Positions 9,425 to 19,406 are shown, counted from the stretch's first letter. The stretch: DNA of 64,000 nucleotides from an uncultured Candidatus Saccharibacteria bacterium (GCA_964567825.1 CAZMNX010000001.1:34775-98774), one strand, 5' to 3'. Made by a program: numbers and translations. Notes: a model not told the origin generated them from the letters alone.

Positions 9425-10333
9425 TCAACCCTGCCGGTCGAGGATCTGCCGGAGCCGCTCGAGCATCTGCTTGGCTGCTTCCTCCATGGCAATCTCGGAG
9501 TCCTCGGCCGGAATGTGAACAACCTTCCACCCCTTGCGCAGCCCGAGGTTGTTGTGCCCATCAGCCTTCGGAACCGTGTCCCGCACGCCACGCCAGAAGA
9601 TCTGACGTGCCATCGAAACTTGTTCCGTGACGTAACGGTTGCGCGTAACAGCCGCCTCAATCAGACACCTCGCTTCGGCTTCAGATGAAGCCCTGACCTG
9701 ATGGACCGGCTTGAGCTCCGGCACCCGACTGAGGCGCTCGAGGACCACGCCGACACCCAACACGACCGGAGAAACGATTTCCCCGATGATGGTCTCCTCA
9801 CGTTCAAGGCTAACCAGAGGAAACCTTTCCCCCTCGACCTGCGCCGCACTCACCTCCGGCCCGGACATCGCTCGGCGCAAATCGCCGAAGAAGGTCAGCG
9901 CCAAGTGATCAGGCGTCTCAAACAAAGGTGTCGACGAAGCTCGACCACTCGGAGAAACCACCAACCAGCCGTCGCGCAGGGCGATGTCGTTCCAATTCCC
10001 GGGGAAGGTATGCAATACCCCCTGCCAGAAAAGATCGTTCATCATCACGCGAATAGCGTCGATTTCTGTCTGCCGCTCCTGGTGGCTGACCAAGGCCTCA
10101 AAACACGGGCGTTCCCGCCGATAGGTCTGCGTGAAGCTTTCCTCCTCGTCGAGCATGAGCAAGCGAAGCCGCTCGCCTTCACAGTAGAAGTTGCGGATCA
10201 TGGGATCCATCATCGTCCCCACCGAAAGCTCGCCGGGCTGATACTCCCGGTCTGAACCGCCGGTATCGACCACAACCGCAGTGTTGTTAAAGATCCGACG
10301 CGCAGACTCGAACACAGACAACTTGGTAGTCAT
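9425..10333 (-). CDS. GC-rich hypothetical protein with two tandem 'FWxGV...LRxGW' domains
   Basis: 302-aa ORF with SD GAGGG; internal repeat; similar to 31093-31947. Confidence 0.7.
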   Translation of the reverse strand: MTTKLSVFESARRIFNNTAVVVDTGGSDREYQPGELSVGTMMDPMIRNFYCEGERLRLLMLDEEESFTQTYRRERPCFEALVSHQERQTEIDAIRVMMNDLFWQGVLHTFPGNWNDIALRDGWLVVSPSGRASSTPLFETPDHLALTFFGDLRRAMSGPEVSAAQVEGERFPLVSLEREETIIGEIVSPVVLGVGVVLERLSRVPELKPVHQVRASSEAEARCLIEAAVTRNRYVTEQVSMARQIFWRGVRDTVPKADGHNNLGLRKGWKVVHIPAEDSEIAMEEAAKQMLERLRQILDRQG

Positions 10334-10431
10334 CGTATTTCCCTCGTTAGACGTTACAGTTCGGTCACACTTCTAATTAATAGACTAATATACAACTAAA
10401 ACTATGTCAACATATCTAAAATAAAGAAATG

Positions 10432-11202
10432 CTAGCCAAAAATCTCCTTAAAATGCTCTGTCAAAATCTCGCTTTTTTCCTCTTTATCTGCCTCACTTAT
10501 TAAATCCTGCCACTCCTTGGCGGTAGAATATCTTTCTTTAACGTGAACCTCAGCCTTGTCTTTCAGATTATTTATATTTAAAGCTGGATGACCAGCTATG
10601 GCCGATACCACTCCAGCTGTTCGGGAAATTTTTTCATCGGCTACCGGGCGGAGGTCTTCTGGTTCAATATAAAATGTATAAACCATACTTGTTGGAGCTA
10701 AACATTTTCGTAAAATTACCGATATACCATCTTTAAATTTAAATCTGGGATTTTTTTTACCAATTCTATCAGTACCGCCAGTTGGATACAGTAAAACAAT
10801 TCCCCCGCTTTCAATGTGCTCCTTTATTGTTCTGATAAAAGATAGGGCCTCGGTCGGATCATCAGTCGCTTTAATTAAGAGCTCTTCACCCACAATTGGT
10901 GCAAAAAAATTATAGTTCGATTCATTGATAACAATTTTTAAATCTTTTCTTTTTAAGGCATTTAGAATGGTAAAAGTATCATAATAACCAGGATGATTAG
11001 CAATAATAATTCCAGCTTCAGTATTCAATTTTTCTCTAGCCTCAGTAAAAGCCGCTTCATCAGACTGCTCGAGAGCGTAAACCGGTTTCAGTTTTGCCTC
11101 TTCTAAAACTTTAGCGCCTGTCGCTTGAAAACCACCCTCAGCCAAATTGAGCTGCAAATTATCCGCCGCTATCTTATACAAATCACCTTTTAATCCCTCC
11201 AT
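10432..11202 (-). CDS. PlsC-like glycerolipid acyltransferase
   Basis: IIIANHPGYYD (HX4D) and LLYPTG blocks. Confidence 0.65.
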   Translation of the reverse strand: MEGLKGDLYKIAADNLQLNLAEGGFQATGAKVLEEAKLKPVYALEQSDEAAFTEAREKLNTEAGIIIANHPGYYDTFTILNALKRKDLKIVINESNYNFFAPIVGEELLIKATDDPTEALSFIRTIKEHIESGGIVLLYPTGGTDRIGKKNPRFKFKDGISVILRKCLAPTSMVYTFYIEPEDLRPVADEKISRTAGVVSAIAGHPALNINNLKDKAEVHVKERYSTAKEWQDLISEADKEEKSEILTEHFKEIFG

Positions 11203-11415
11203 GTGTTTTTATTTTTCGCTTAAACATAAAAATATCATACCATTCTATCAAGTTAAAAGTCATCAACGAAAAATACTTACCCGCAGGTCTTTGGATAGAA
11301 TGGAGATTTTAGACAAATGAAAAGGCCTCGCACACAAGTGGCGTGAAGTGTGCGAGGCACCCTTCATCCCCCGTACGAGGCCGTAGCGAGAAGATTCTTG
11401 GTTCTCTCAGACCAT

Positions 11416-11892
11416 TTACCAGCCACCGCCCTGCAACCGCCTGGCCACAGTTCTCGGCTTTTCGATGAAGTCGCTCATATCGCTGCCCTGGTAAAAGGGG
11501 CGATACTGATGTTCCTTCATCCAGTCAGCCAAGGCAACGCACCGATTCGCCATACCCATGACGATGGCGTGCGAAGACGGAACGGCTGGTGCGCTCCATC
11601 CTCGACGCTCTTGCCACCACCGCACAATGCGTGAGCGAGCCTCGTGCGTCCAAACCGCGACGTTGCGTTCCCACTGGAGGCGATCGTGAATCTGATCGGC
11701 CGCTTGCCGAAAAAGATTCACAAGCTCTTCTGAGCTGAGTGTCTTCCACTCTTGTCCGCCGTGTATGGGTACCCCCTGAAAGAGGGCCTCGTAACGCCTG
11801 ACGATGGGGCCGGCAAACGAAATGTTATTCGTGTCCGCGCTGCTCACCAACTCAATCCCCCCACCCGTCTTCTTGTAACGAATTATCTTCAC
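11416..11892 (-). CDS. GC-rich hypothetical protein
   Basis: 158-aa ORF; GTG start with SD AGGAG; own promoter (TTGACT..TAGAGT) and terminator (11321-11358). Confidence 0.6.
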   Translation of the reverse strand: MKIIRYKKTGGGIELVSSADTNNISFAGPIVRRYEALFQGVPIHGGQEWKTLSSEELVNLFRQAADQIHDRLQWERNVAVWTHEARSRIVRWWQERRGWSAPAVPSSHAIVMGMANRCVALADWMKEHQYRPFYQGSDMSDFIEKPRTVARRLQGGGW

Positions 11893-11977
11893 GGTGAATC
11901 TCCTGTTCTATCCGTTATTTCAACACCTGACTAGAACCCTATATATAACTCTAGCATATTTATTATAAAAAGTCAAA

Positions 11978-12007
11978 TGCGGAGGATATGGGACGACGTT
12001 GGAGCAG
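11978..12007. repeat. 30-bp direct repeat copy 1 (tRNA-Ser 3'-end-like, att-like)
   Basis: TGCGGAGGATATGGGACGACGTTGGAGCAG; one mismatch to 12720-12749. Confidence 0.85.
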
Positions 12008-12035
12008 TATTGATAGAAAGTGAAGACGAACCGTG

Positions 12036-12692
12036 TTATTTCTGATATACAATCTTTAGACTTTTAATAGTCACTCCTGAATGCGGAGATGAAAAAGAAA
12101 TTTTTGATAAATAGATTTTTGATAAGCCAGCAAATAGCGCATTAAAATCATCCTGTTCGTAGTGTCGAATAACCCTTTCAATTTTGTTATTCTTGTCGTA
12201 AGAAAAACCGACACTATCTTCCCCTAGGATTTTTTTAGCAATTTGATATCTACTTTTATAGTCGGGTGAATAGGTCGCATCACAAAGCCACAGATATCCT
12301 CCACTTTTTAGAACGCGTATTATTTCTTTAGCGGCAGCTATTTGCTTTTTCTTAGAAATAATACTAGCAAAGACATACGGAACAACGACCGCATCGAATG
12401 TCTCATTGGCAAAAGGGAGTTCGTTAGTTATGTCTGCTCTCTTATAACTAATATTGCCATTTATCTTTTTACCCTCTTTTAAGGCTTTCACATTTAGGTC
12501 AACCCCAGTAACCGTATATCCTTTTCTAAATAAAAAATCAGAGACTTTCCCTATTCCACAACCGACATCGAGAATATTACTTCTCACCTTCAGGTGGTTG
12601 GTCAATTCTGGGCCGGGAAATACTGTCCCTGATAGAATTTTTTCGGGTTGAATATTTTTCCAATATTCTTTATTAAATTTATCACTATCCAT
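12036..12692 (-). CDS. Class I SAM-dependent methyltransferase
   Basis: ILDVGCGIG, VTGVD, LPFANETFDAV, RVLKSGG. Confidence 0.9.
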   Translation of the reverse strand: MDSDKFNKEYWKNIQPEKILSGTVFPGPELTNHLKVRSNILDVGCGIGKVSDFLFRKGYTVTGVDLNVKALKEGKKINGNISYKRADITNELPFANETFDAVVVPYVFASIISKKKQIAAAKEIIRVLKSGGYLWLCDATYSPDYKSRYQIAKKILGEDSVGFSYDKNNKIERVIRHYEQDDFNALFAGLSKIYLSKISFSSPHSGVTIKSLKIVYQK

Positions 12693-12719
12693 CGAACGGC
12701 TATTGTAGCAAAATTTATT

Positions 12720-12749
12720 TGCGGAGGATATGGGACGACGTTGGAACAG
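12720..12749. repeat. 30-bp direct repeat copy 2
   Basis: TGCGGAGGATATGGGACGACGTTGGAACAG. Confidence 0.85.
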
Positions 12750-12751
12750 CT

Positions 12752-14203
12752 TTAAACAATCGTTCCCCCACGGATAGTCAGGGTACGAGTAATTGATATC
12801 TTTTCGATAAAATAGCGATCGTGAGAAACTACAATGATAGAGCCCTTATAATCGACCAACGCGCTTTCAATTATTTCTCGAGAAATAATGTCGAGATGAT
12901 TTGTCGGCTCGTCCAAAACGAGTAGCTCGTTTTCTTGATTTGTTAATTTAGCGAAAATAAGCCTCACCCTTTCACCCAGACTTAAATCGGAAACTTTTTT
13001 AAAAATATCCTGTCCACGAAAAATAAAGGCGCCCAAGATGGCCCTAGGATCCCTTGTCGTGCCAATTAATCTATCAGTGTTTAAGAATTCTTCAATTACA
13101 GTCTTATTCGGGTCTAAGTTTTCATGCTCTTGGGCAAAGTAACCGATATGAACTTTTTCACCAATTCTTACGTTTCCCTCATCTAGCGCGAGGTCGCCGG
13201 CTATTATTTTAAGTAAAGTTGTTTTTCCCGAACCATTATCCCCGGAAAGTAAAATCCTTTCTCCTCCTCTTACCTCAAGATTGATTCTCCAAAGAATATT
13301 TTTTTCGGCAAATCTTTTGGTCACCTCTTTAACTCTAATTATAAGTTTGGAGGCAGCTGTTTCTCCTTTTAGGTCGAGCCCCCGAATCTTATTGTATTCT
13401 CTTGGCTTGATGATTTCTTGACTGTAAATTTCTCTTTCTAATCTTTTTTCCATCGCCCTGATCTGCTTGCCCTTGGCAGGATCTGGATGCACATGTGCCT
13501 CTTGTTTTTTTAGAGCTAACCAAAGTTCCATCCGCTTCTTTTCTTTTTGCTGTCGCCAATAATTATCCTCCTGCCTCAAAAGCTGATTGTTCCTCTCCGT
13601 CACGTAGTCACTATAACCTCCAACGTATTGAGTAAATTTATGATTTACAGGATTAATTTCTAATATCTTACTTACACAGTTATCAAGTAATTTTCTATCG
13701 TGAGAGATTAGTAAGATTGCCCCCTTAAAATCCTTAATGAGGCTTTCGAGCCACTCTACACCCTTCTTATCCAAATGGTTTGTCGGTTCATCAAGTAGTA
13801 AAATGCCGGCCCCTTCAAGTAATATTTTTGCTAGGGCTAGTCTGGTTTTTTGCCCTCCGCTTAATTTATTTACTAATGTGTCAGTTGCTACCTTGCTAAG
13901 CCCAACTTTTTCAAGAATTGATTTCGCCCTACCGACGCTTTCGTCGATTGATAGGAAACTCTTTATTGTGTCAGTACCCTGATGGGACGGTTGTTGTGGC
14001 AAATAGCCAACTCTTTCGTGATCTATCTGAACATTACCCCCATCTGCTTCTATTTCACCAACGATTATCTTCATAAGGGTTGATTTACCAGAACCATTTG
14101 GTCCAACTAAGCCGATTTTATCTTTTTTGTCCAAGGTAAAAGACACCTTTTCAAAGAGGGGCTCACCTAGTATCGATTTTGTTATATTTTTTACGGTAAT
14201 CAT
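12752..14203 (-). CDS. ABC-F family ribosome-associated ATPase (possibly ARE/ribosome-protection type)
   Basis: Two NBDs (GPNGSGKS/LSGGQ/DEPTNHLD; GDNGSGKT/LSLGE/DEPTNHLD), no TM, helical linker. Confidence 0.9.
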   Translation of the reverse strand: MITVKNITKSILGEPLFEKVSFTLDKKDKIGLVGPNGSGKSTLMKIIVGEIEADGGNVQIDHERVGYLPQQPSHQGTDTIKSFLSIDESVGRAKSILEKVGLSKVATDTLVNKLSGGQKTRLALAKILLEGAGILLLDEPTNHLDKKGVEWLESLIKDFKGAILLISHDRKLLDNCVSKILEINPVNHKFTQYVGGYSDYVTERNNQLLRQEDNYWRQQKEKKRMELWLALKKQEAHVHPDPAKGKQIRAMEKRLEREIYSQEIIKPREYNKIRGLDLKGETAASKLIIRVKEVTKRFAEKNILWRINLEVRGGERILLSGDNGSGKTTLLKIIAGDLALDEGNVRIGEKVHIGYFAQEHENLDPNKTVIEEFLNTDRLIGTTRDPRAILGAFIFRGQDIFKKVSDLSLGERVRLIFAKLTNQENELLVLDEPTNHLDIISREIIESALVDYKGSIIVVSHDRYFIEKISITRTLTIRGGTIV

Positions 14204-14218
14204 TTTTTTGTTAAGAAT

Positions 14219-14248
14219 TAAAAAAAACCAGCTAGTGCCGGTTTTTCA
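14219..14248 (-). terminator. Intrinsic terminator in the ABC-F leader (attenuator)
   Basis: Minus strand AAAACCGGC-ACTA-GCTGGTTTT continuing as a long U run, ending ~15 nt before the ABC-F start. Confidence 0.65.
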
Positions 14249-14276
14249 AAAAAGATGGTTAAACGCTAGAATTAAG

Positions 14277-14366
14277 TTAGTTTTTTTGAAATTTTACCCA
14301 GCACAAAACAGCCTGAGTAGTTGCTCCCTTAAAGTTCTTGAACAGAATGTAAAATTTGTCTTTCAT
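14277..14366 (-). CDS. Putative leader peptide (uORF) MKDKFYILFKNFKGATTQAVLCWVKFQKN
   Basis: 29-codon ORF between a TTGCAA..TACTAT/TATAAT promoter and the leader terminator. Confidence 0.5.
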   Translation of the reverse strand: MKDKFYILFKNFKGATTQAVLCWVKFQKN

Positions 14367-14424
14367 GACGTTTATTATAGTACTACAAAAACGCACTAAT
14401 TGCAATATGACACCTAAATATTAT

Positions 14425-14514
14425 TGGCGGAGGAGGTGAGATTCGAACTCACGGCACCCTTGCGAGCGCGACAGTTTTCAAGACTGTTCCTTTAAACCAC
14501 TCAGGCACTCCTCC
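14425..14514 (-). tRNA. tRNA-Ser(TGA)
   Basis: Cloverleaf with long variable arm, anticodon loop CTTGAAA, encoded CCA. Confidence 0.94.
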
Positions 14515-14561
14515 GTGCTTGAAATATTGCCATATTTTAAGAGTATTTTCAAGCTTAAATC

Positions 14562-15470
14562 TTATTCCGCCTTATTCACTTTATGCCCACCGAATTTATT
14601 ACGCATAGCGGAAATTAATTTACCAGCGTAAGTTGGTGTAGTGCGTGACTGCTCACGGACCTCAAGCGCATTCTCCAAGCTAGGCATCTTACCATCAGCC
14701 TCAGCTAAAAGTTTTTTCATCTCCTCTTCCGTCTCCCCTTTTGGCACATTACCAGAAATAGCATCCAGGTAACCGGTCTCATTAAAAGATTCAGCCAGCC
14801 AGGTCATTAATTTACTGTCCACAATACTACCGTGAGAATAAACTTTAGCAACTTCTTTTAAATCCACATTCAGGCTGGAATTCTTTATTACTTCAAAACC
14901 TTCGCCAAGGGCCGACATCATGCCATATTCGATCCCGTTGTGCACCATCTTTACAAAGTGGCCGGCACCGGAATTTCCCAAATAAGCAAAACCTTCTGGC
15001 CCAGCTAAATCTTTAAAAACATTTTTAGTGTATTCAAAACTTTCTTTATCACCACCAATCATGAGGCACGCTCCATTTCGGGCCCCGCCCATTCCACCAG
15101 AAGTACCACAATCCATAAAACTCACGCCCACCTTCTTTAATTTGGCGTAACGAGCTTGGGAATCTTTATAATAAGAATTACCGCCGTCGATCACGATATC
15201 GCCCTCATTTAAAAGTGGGGTGAGCTCGCCAAGCACTTGATCCAAGGCTTCACCAGCGTTCACCATGAGCCAGATTACTTTCTTTTCTGGCAATAATTTT
15301 ACCAACTCAGAAACTGAAGACGATGGCGCCGCTCCAACCTTAACCACTTCTTGCATTTTTTCCTGAGTACGATTAAAAACTACCACTTCATATTTATGAT
15401 CAAGTAAATTCAAAACCATATTTGAGCCCATGCGGCCGAGACCGATAAAACCAATTTTTAACTTTTCCAT
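14562..15470 (-). CDS. gnd: 6-phosphogluconate dehydrogenase (decarboxylating, short YqeC type)
   Basis: GFIGLGRMG, IDGGNS, GHFVKMVHNGIEYG, MRNKFGGH. Confidence 0.95.
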   Translation of the reverse strand: MEKLKIGFIGLGRMGSNMVLNLLDHKYEVVVFNRTQEKMQEVVKVGAAPSSSVSELVKLLPEKKVIWLMVNAGEALDQVLGELTPLLNEGDIVIDGGNSYYKDSQARYAKLKKVGVSFMDCGTSGGMGGARNGACLMIGGDKESFEYTKNVFKDLAGPEGFAYLGNSGAGHFVKMVHNGIEYGMMSALGEGFEVIKNSSLNVDLKEVAKVYSHGSIVDSKLMTWLAESFNETGYLDAISGNVPKGETEEEMKKLLAEADGKMPSLENALEVREQSRTTPTYAGKLISAMRNKFGGHKVNKAE

Positions 15471-16846
15471 ATAATATTATTTTTCTTATTCCAATCGGCT
15501 AGTTCTTTTGGTCCAGAACTACCAATTGGATATTTATAAACTTCCAAATTTCGACGGTCAATTTTGTCTACCACCTTCCAGGCTAATTCGACTTCATCAT
15601 TTCGCACAAAAACCGACTGTTCGCCAGACAAGGCCTGCTCTAATAAAACTTCATAAGCCTCCGGGGTATTCTCGCCATGTGTGCAATGATGGCAATATTC
15701 CATATCAACAGTTTCAACCTCAAAACCTCTTCGTAAGGATTTGGAATTAAGTTCAAAAGAAAAACCCTCTTCTGGTTCAATTCTGATAGTTAGATAGTTA
15801 CTGTCGGAAGGGCAGGTTTTTGAAAGCAAGCAGTCTACTGGTTTAAATCGAATATGAATTACTGCTTCTTTCTTGTTCATATTTTTACCAGAACGAACAA
15901 AGAACGGCACTCCCCGCCATCTCTTATTATTTATTTCCAGTTTGGCTGCAAAAAAAGTTTCTGTTCTAGAATCGGTGCTGACTCCTTTTTCTTGAGCATA
16001 ACCCTCGTACTGCCCCAAAATTAGATCTTTAATTTTTGTCTTCTTTAAAACTTTTACTTTCTGATCACGCAAATATTCGCCGGAAAGAAACTTTGGTGAC
16101 TCCATGGCCACAAGTGAAACCATTTGCAAAATATGATTTTGTAACATGTCTTTTACGGCACCGTATTTATCAAAATAATTACCACGATTTTTGATGCCGA
16201 AATCCTCATCACGAATAATTTGTACGGAGTCAATGTGCTTATTATTCCATAAAGGCTCAAGAATCCGATTGGTAAAACGCAGCAAAGCAATATTCCCCAC
16301 TAATTCCTTACCGAGATAATGGTCCACACGAAAAACATTTTTTTCAGCAAAAACTTTATCAATGCTTTTATTAATTTTTTGAGCCGAAGACAAACCATCG
16401 CCAAACGGCTTTTCGTAAAGTACTCTCTCCCATTTATTATCTTTACTATTTACTAAGCCAACCTTCGCTAAATTCTCACTGGCAACCGTAAAATGTTCAG
16501 GTAGGGTGGCGAGATAAAATAAACGATTTCCAGACAAGCCCTCTCTTTGTTCAATTTCTAAAATTTTATTTTTTAAACTTTCGAAATCAGCCGTCTGATC
16601 AAAATCTAGTCTCTGATAATAGGCCGAGTTACAGAGTTTGGTCCAAACCGCCTCGTCAATATTTTTAATATTTTGTTTGGCCTCAGCTAGAATCGATTGA
16701 ATCGAAACGTCTGAACGGGCCACGCCAATCAGAGCCACTTTAGAAATCGTATTGAGCTTAAGAAGAGTATATAGAGCCGGAATGAGTTTTAACTTAGCCA
16801 GATCCCCTGTCGCTCCCATGATTATAAAAGTAAAATTCCTGTCCAT
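15458..16846 (-). CDS. zwf: Glucose-6-phosphate 1-dehydrogenase
   Basis: GATGDLA, EKPFG, RVDHYLGKE, DMLQNH, RWRGVPFF.RSGK. Confidence 0.96.
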   Translation of the reverse strand: MDRNFTFIIMGATGDLAKLKLIPALYTLLKLNTISKVALIGVARSDVSIQSILAEAKQNIKNIDEAVWTKLCNSAYYQRLDFDQTADFESLKNKILEIEQREGLSGNRLFYLATLPEHFTVASENLAKVGLVNSKDNKWERVLYEKPFGDGLSSAQKINKSIDKVFAEKNVFRVDHYLGKELVGNIALLRFTNRILEPLWNNKHIDSVQIIRDEDFGIKNRGNYFDKYGAVKDMLQNHILQMVSLVAMESPKFLSGEYLRDQKVKVLKKTKIKDLILGQYEGYAQEKGVSTDSRTETFFAAKLEINNKRWRGVPFFVRSGKNMNKKEAVIHIRFKPVDCLLSKTCPSDSNYLTIRIEPEEGFSFELNSKSLRRGFEVETVDMEYCHHCTHGENTPEAYEVLLEQALSGEQSVFVRNDEVELAWKVVDKIDRRNLEVYKYPIGSSGPKELADWNKKNNIIWKS

Positions 16847-16851
16847 ATTAT

Positions 16852-18282
16852 CTATATCTTACCATAAATCTTATAATGGTAGCCGTAACAGTCCCCTTTG
16901 GCGATTCCTTTTAAATTATCAGTCCTAATAAAAGTTTCACCCCACTCCGACGGGCTAACGTTCATGATATATTTATGATCTCTTAATAAATAACTTATAT
17001 CAGTATGGTAGTCATTAATTAATATAGTCTTTACTAAAAAAATATCTTCAAAATGTTGGTGAGCGGCGATAATTGGCCGGTGTTTCTCCACCCATTCGTT
17101 GAGCCAGCGACTGGTCACAAAGGCAGTATTTAATTTTTCATATTTTGCTATCTGATTTTTAATCACCTGAACACACAAACTCTGCTGGATTTGATCCCCA
17201 TTTTTTTTATTGATATCAACAATATCCGACAAGCCTAACAAAATAAAAACAGCAAAAACTAAAATAAAGTAAGCAGCCTTGTTTTGAAAAAAAATCTTTT
17301 CTAGAACCAAGCAAATACACAGAATAAAAATGGGGTACATTATGAAAAAATAACGCCAGGCGAATAGGGGTGTAATCAAAGTAATAATAGAAGGAAAAGC
17401 GAAGCAGACACCGAGACCAATAATTAAAATTCTTTCGGTCAGGTAAGAGTTACTATTTTTATGATCTTCATTTTTTCGAATAAAATGGCTCGCAATAAAA
17501 TAGGCGAATAAAATCAAAAATGGAATTACTAAAATATCGTTTGACGACATTGCACTAAAAGTGGCATAAATATCACTAAATTTTGTCGGTGGCATCCAAT
17601 TGCCATATGACGTTCCATTAATTTTCCGAATAATTTGAACCAAAATAAAGAACCAGACCGGCAAAGCCGCCACAAAAATTATCAAATGTGACCAGATTAA
17701 TTTTTTAGAATCAACGATTTTCTGCCTAAATTTATATAAGATAACTACATTAAACAATAATACGAATACTCCAAAAATATGAGTATATAGGAGGGCTAAA
17801 TTGGCAAAAATATAGCCCGGTCTAGAATATTTTTTTGGTTTAAATAATAAACTAAATAAAAAGTATAGGGAGATTACGGCCAAAAGAAATAACAACGAAT
17901 ACATTCTCGCTATTTGGGAGTAGGACATATGAAAAATAGAGAGAGAAACGACACCGGTAGCCAAAAGTGCGGCTCTTTTACCAAAAAAGTCCAGGGCAAA
18001 CTTAGCAAAGACAATAATACCGATCACTCCAAAAATTACTGATAATATTCGCAAGTTAATTTCAGACATACCAAAAATAATACTGAAAAGTTTAGCTATA
18101 TAAAAATATAAAGGAACATGAACATCATTGTACATTTGCACATTCATGTCTACAAAACCTCTACCGATAATATCGTAGGTATACCATTCATCATGCGAGA
18201 ATGGAAAATTTAGAGGATAGATTCGTAAAAATACACCGAAAGCGACGATGACACCAATTGCAAAATAATAAGCTTTTTTCAT
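16852..18282 (-). CDS. GT-C fold membrane glycosyltransferase (GT39/ArnT-like)
   Basis: DE motif after TM1 (HDEWY), HVPLYF, SQIARMYSL, many TM helices. Confidence 0.8.
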   Translation of the reverse strand: MKKAYYFAIGVIVAFGVFLRIYPLNFPFSHDEWYTYDIIGRGFVDMNVQMYNDVHVPLYFYIAKLFSIIFGMSEINLRILSVIFGVIGIIVFAKFALDFFGKRAALLATGVVSLSIFHMSYSQIARMYSLLFLLAVISLYFLFSLLFKPKKYSRPGYIFANLALLYTHIFGVFVLLFNVVILYKFRQKIVDSKKLIWSHLIIFVAALPVWFFILVQIIRKINGTSYGNWMPPTKFSDIYATFSAMSSNDILVIPFLILFAYFIASHFIRKNEDHKNSNSYLTERILIIGLGVCFAFPSIITLITPLFAWRYFFIMYPIFILCICLVLEKIFFQNKAAYFILVFAVFILLGLSDIVDINKKNGDQIQQSLCVQVIKNQIAKYEKLNTAFVTSRWLNEWVEKHRPIIAAHQHFEDIFLVKTILINDYHTDISYLLRDHKYIMNVSPSEWGETFIRTDNLKGIAKGDCYGYHYKIYGKI

Positions 18283-19406
18283 TAGTATTTATTGCGTAAA
18301 AAATTATACTGGATGAACAAAAAATCTCTTAAAGTCAGCAACGTGTCCCGCACTGGTCGCAAACTCGAAGCCCGGTCATCTTTCCATCGAATCGGTACCT
18401 CCAGTATTTTATAATCATAAAATTGCGACACAGCCAAAAACTCCAAATCAAAACCAAATCTTTTAATTTGTTGTTTACCAAAAATTTCTTTGGCAACCTG
18501 GCTTTTCATCAATTTAAAACCACATTGTGTATCCTTAATATCCTTAATAAGGGTAGAACTTAAAATTGAACCCGCGCGGCTGATTATTTTCCGATAAAGG
18601 GGCTGTTTCAGTTCGATTACGCTCTCCTTTAGCTTTCGTGAACCAATTACAACGTCAAATTCACCAATATATTTTTGTAGGTTTAGAAGTTCTTCGATCG
18701 GAGTAGAACTATCGGCATCCGTAAACAAAATATATCTTCCCCTACTATTTTCTATCCCAAGCTTGACCGCATTACCTTTTCCTTGATTCGGAATTACATC
18801 AATTTTTTTCAACACCGCTGTGTTGAATTTAAAATCCGACACTTTTTTCGAAGTATCATCCCTAGATCCATCATTCACTACTATGACCTCGCACTTGTGG
18901 CCAAAAGATTTAAAAAAATTATCAATAGATGCCAAAGTTCGGAGAATTCTATCGCCTTCATTATAGGCCGGAATCACAATCGAATAATCAAAATCATATT
19001 TCACTTCTAAAAATTCTTTTTTTTCAAAAATTTTAAAGGTCCAACGCTTATTGCCCCAATAATTCCAGTATAAGACCAGCAAAGAAGTGATTATTTTAGC
19101 CAAGATGTACCACAGACCAGCGACAATGTGTAAAAAATACATAAGCAAGAGGGTGATACCCAAACCAACCAACGAAATTATCAAAAATTTCAGATATTGG
19201 TGGTGATAAGCCTTGCTTTTATTACCAAAAGTCCAGAGCTTATTCCAAATGAAGTTATTGGTGGCCGCCAAGATAAAGGAGATGGTGGCACCCCAAATGA
19301 CGCCAAAACCCAAATATTCAACCAAAACAAACAAAAAAACTAGGTCAATAATCGTACCGGTAGTCCCCACCACACAATAACGAATCATTCGCTTAATTTC
19401 TTTCAT
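18282..19406 (-). CDS. GtrA-like flippase fused to GT2 polyprenol-phosphate glycosyltransferase
   Basis: N-terminal 4-TM GtrA (NKLWTF, NKRWTF); C-terminal IPAYNE, VNDGS.D, DAD, DTQCGFK, FDLE. Confidence 0.88.
   Translation of the reverse strand: MKEIKRMIRYCVVGTTGTIIDLVFLFVLVEYLGFGVIWGATISFILAATNNFIWNKLWTFGNKSKAYHHQYLKFLIISLVGLGITLLLMYFLHIVAGLWYILAKIITSLLVLYWNYWGNKRWTFKIFEKKEFLEVKYDFDYSIVIPAYNEGDRILRTLASIDNFFKSFGHKCEVIVVNDGSRDDTSKKVSDFKFNTAVLKKIDVIPNQGKGNAVKLGIENSRGRYILFTDADSSTPIEELLNLQKYIGEFDVVIGSRKLKESVIELKQPLYRKIISRAGSILSSTLIKDIKDTQCGFKLMKSQVAKEIFGKQQIKRFGFDLEFLAVSQFYDYKILEVPIRWKDDRASSLRPVRDTLLTLRDFLFIQYNFLRNKY

Noticed and set aside
9291-10255. Several long overlapping or antisense ORFs in GC islet 1 (similarly at 30042-30853, 31288-31971, 55650-56535, 56610-56961, 62146-62726)
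   Set aside because: Expected shadow ORFs in GC-rich DNA with few stop codons; no RBS or motifs, and Arg/Pro-biased composition
11978-12749. 30-bp direct repeats as a CRISPR array
   Set aside because: Only two copies, 742 bp apart with a whole gene between them; no cas genes
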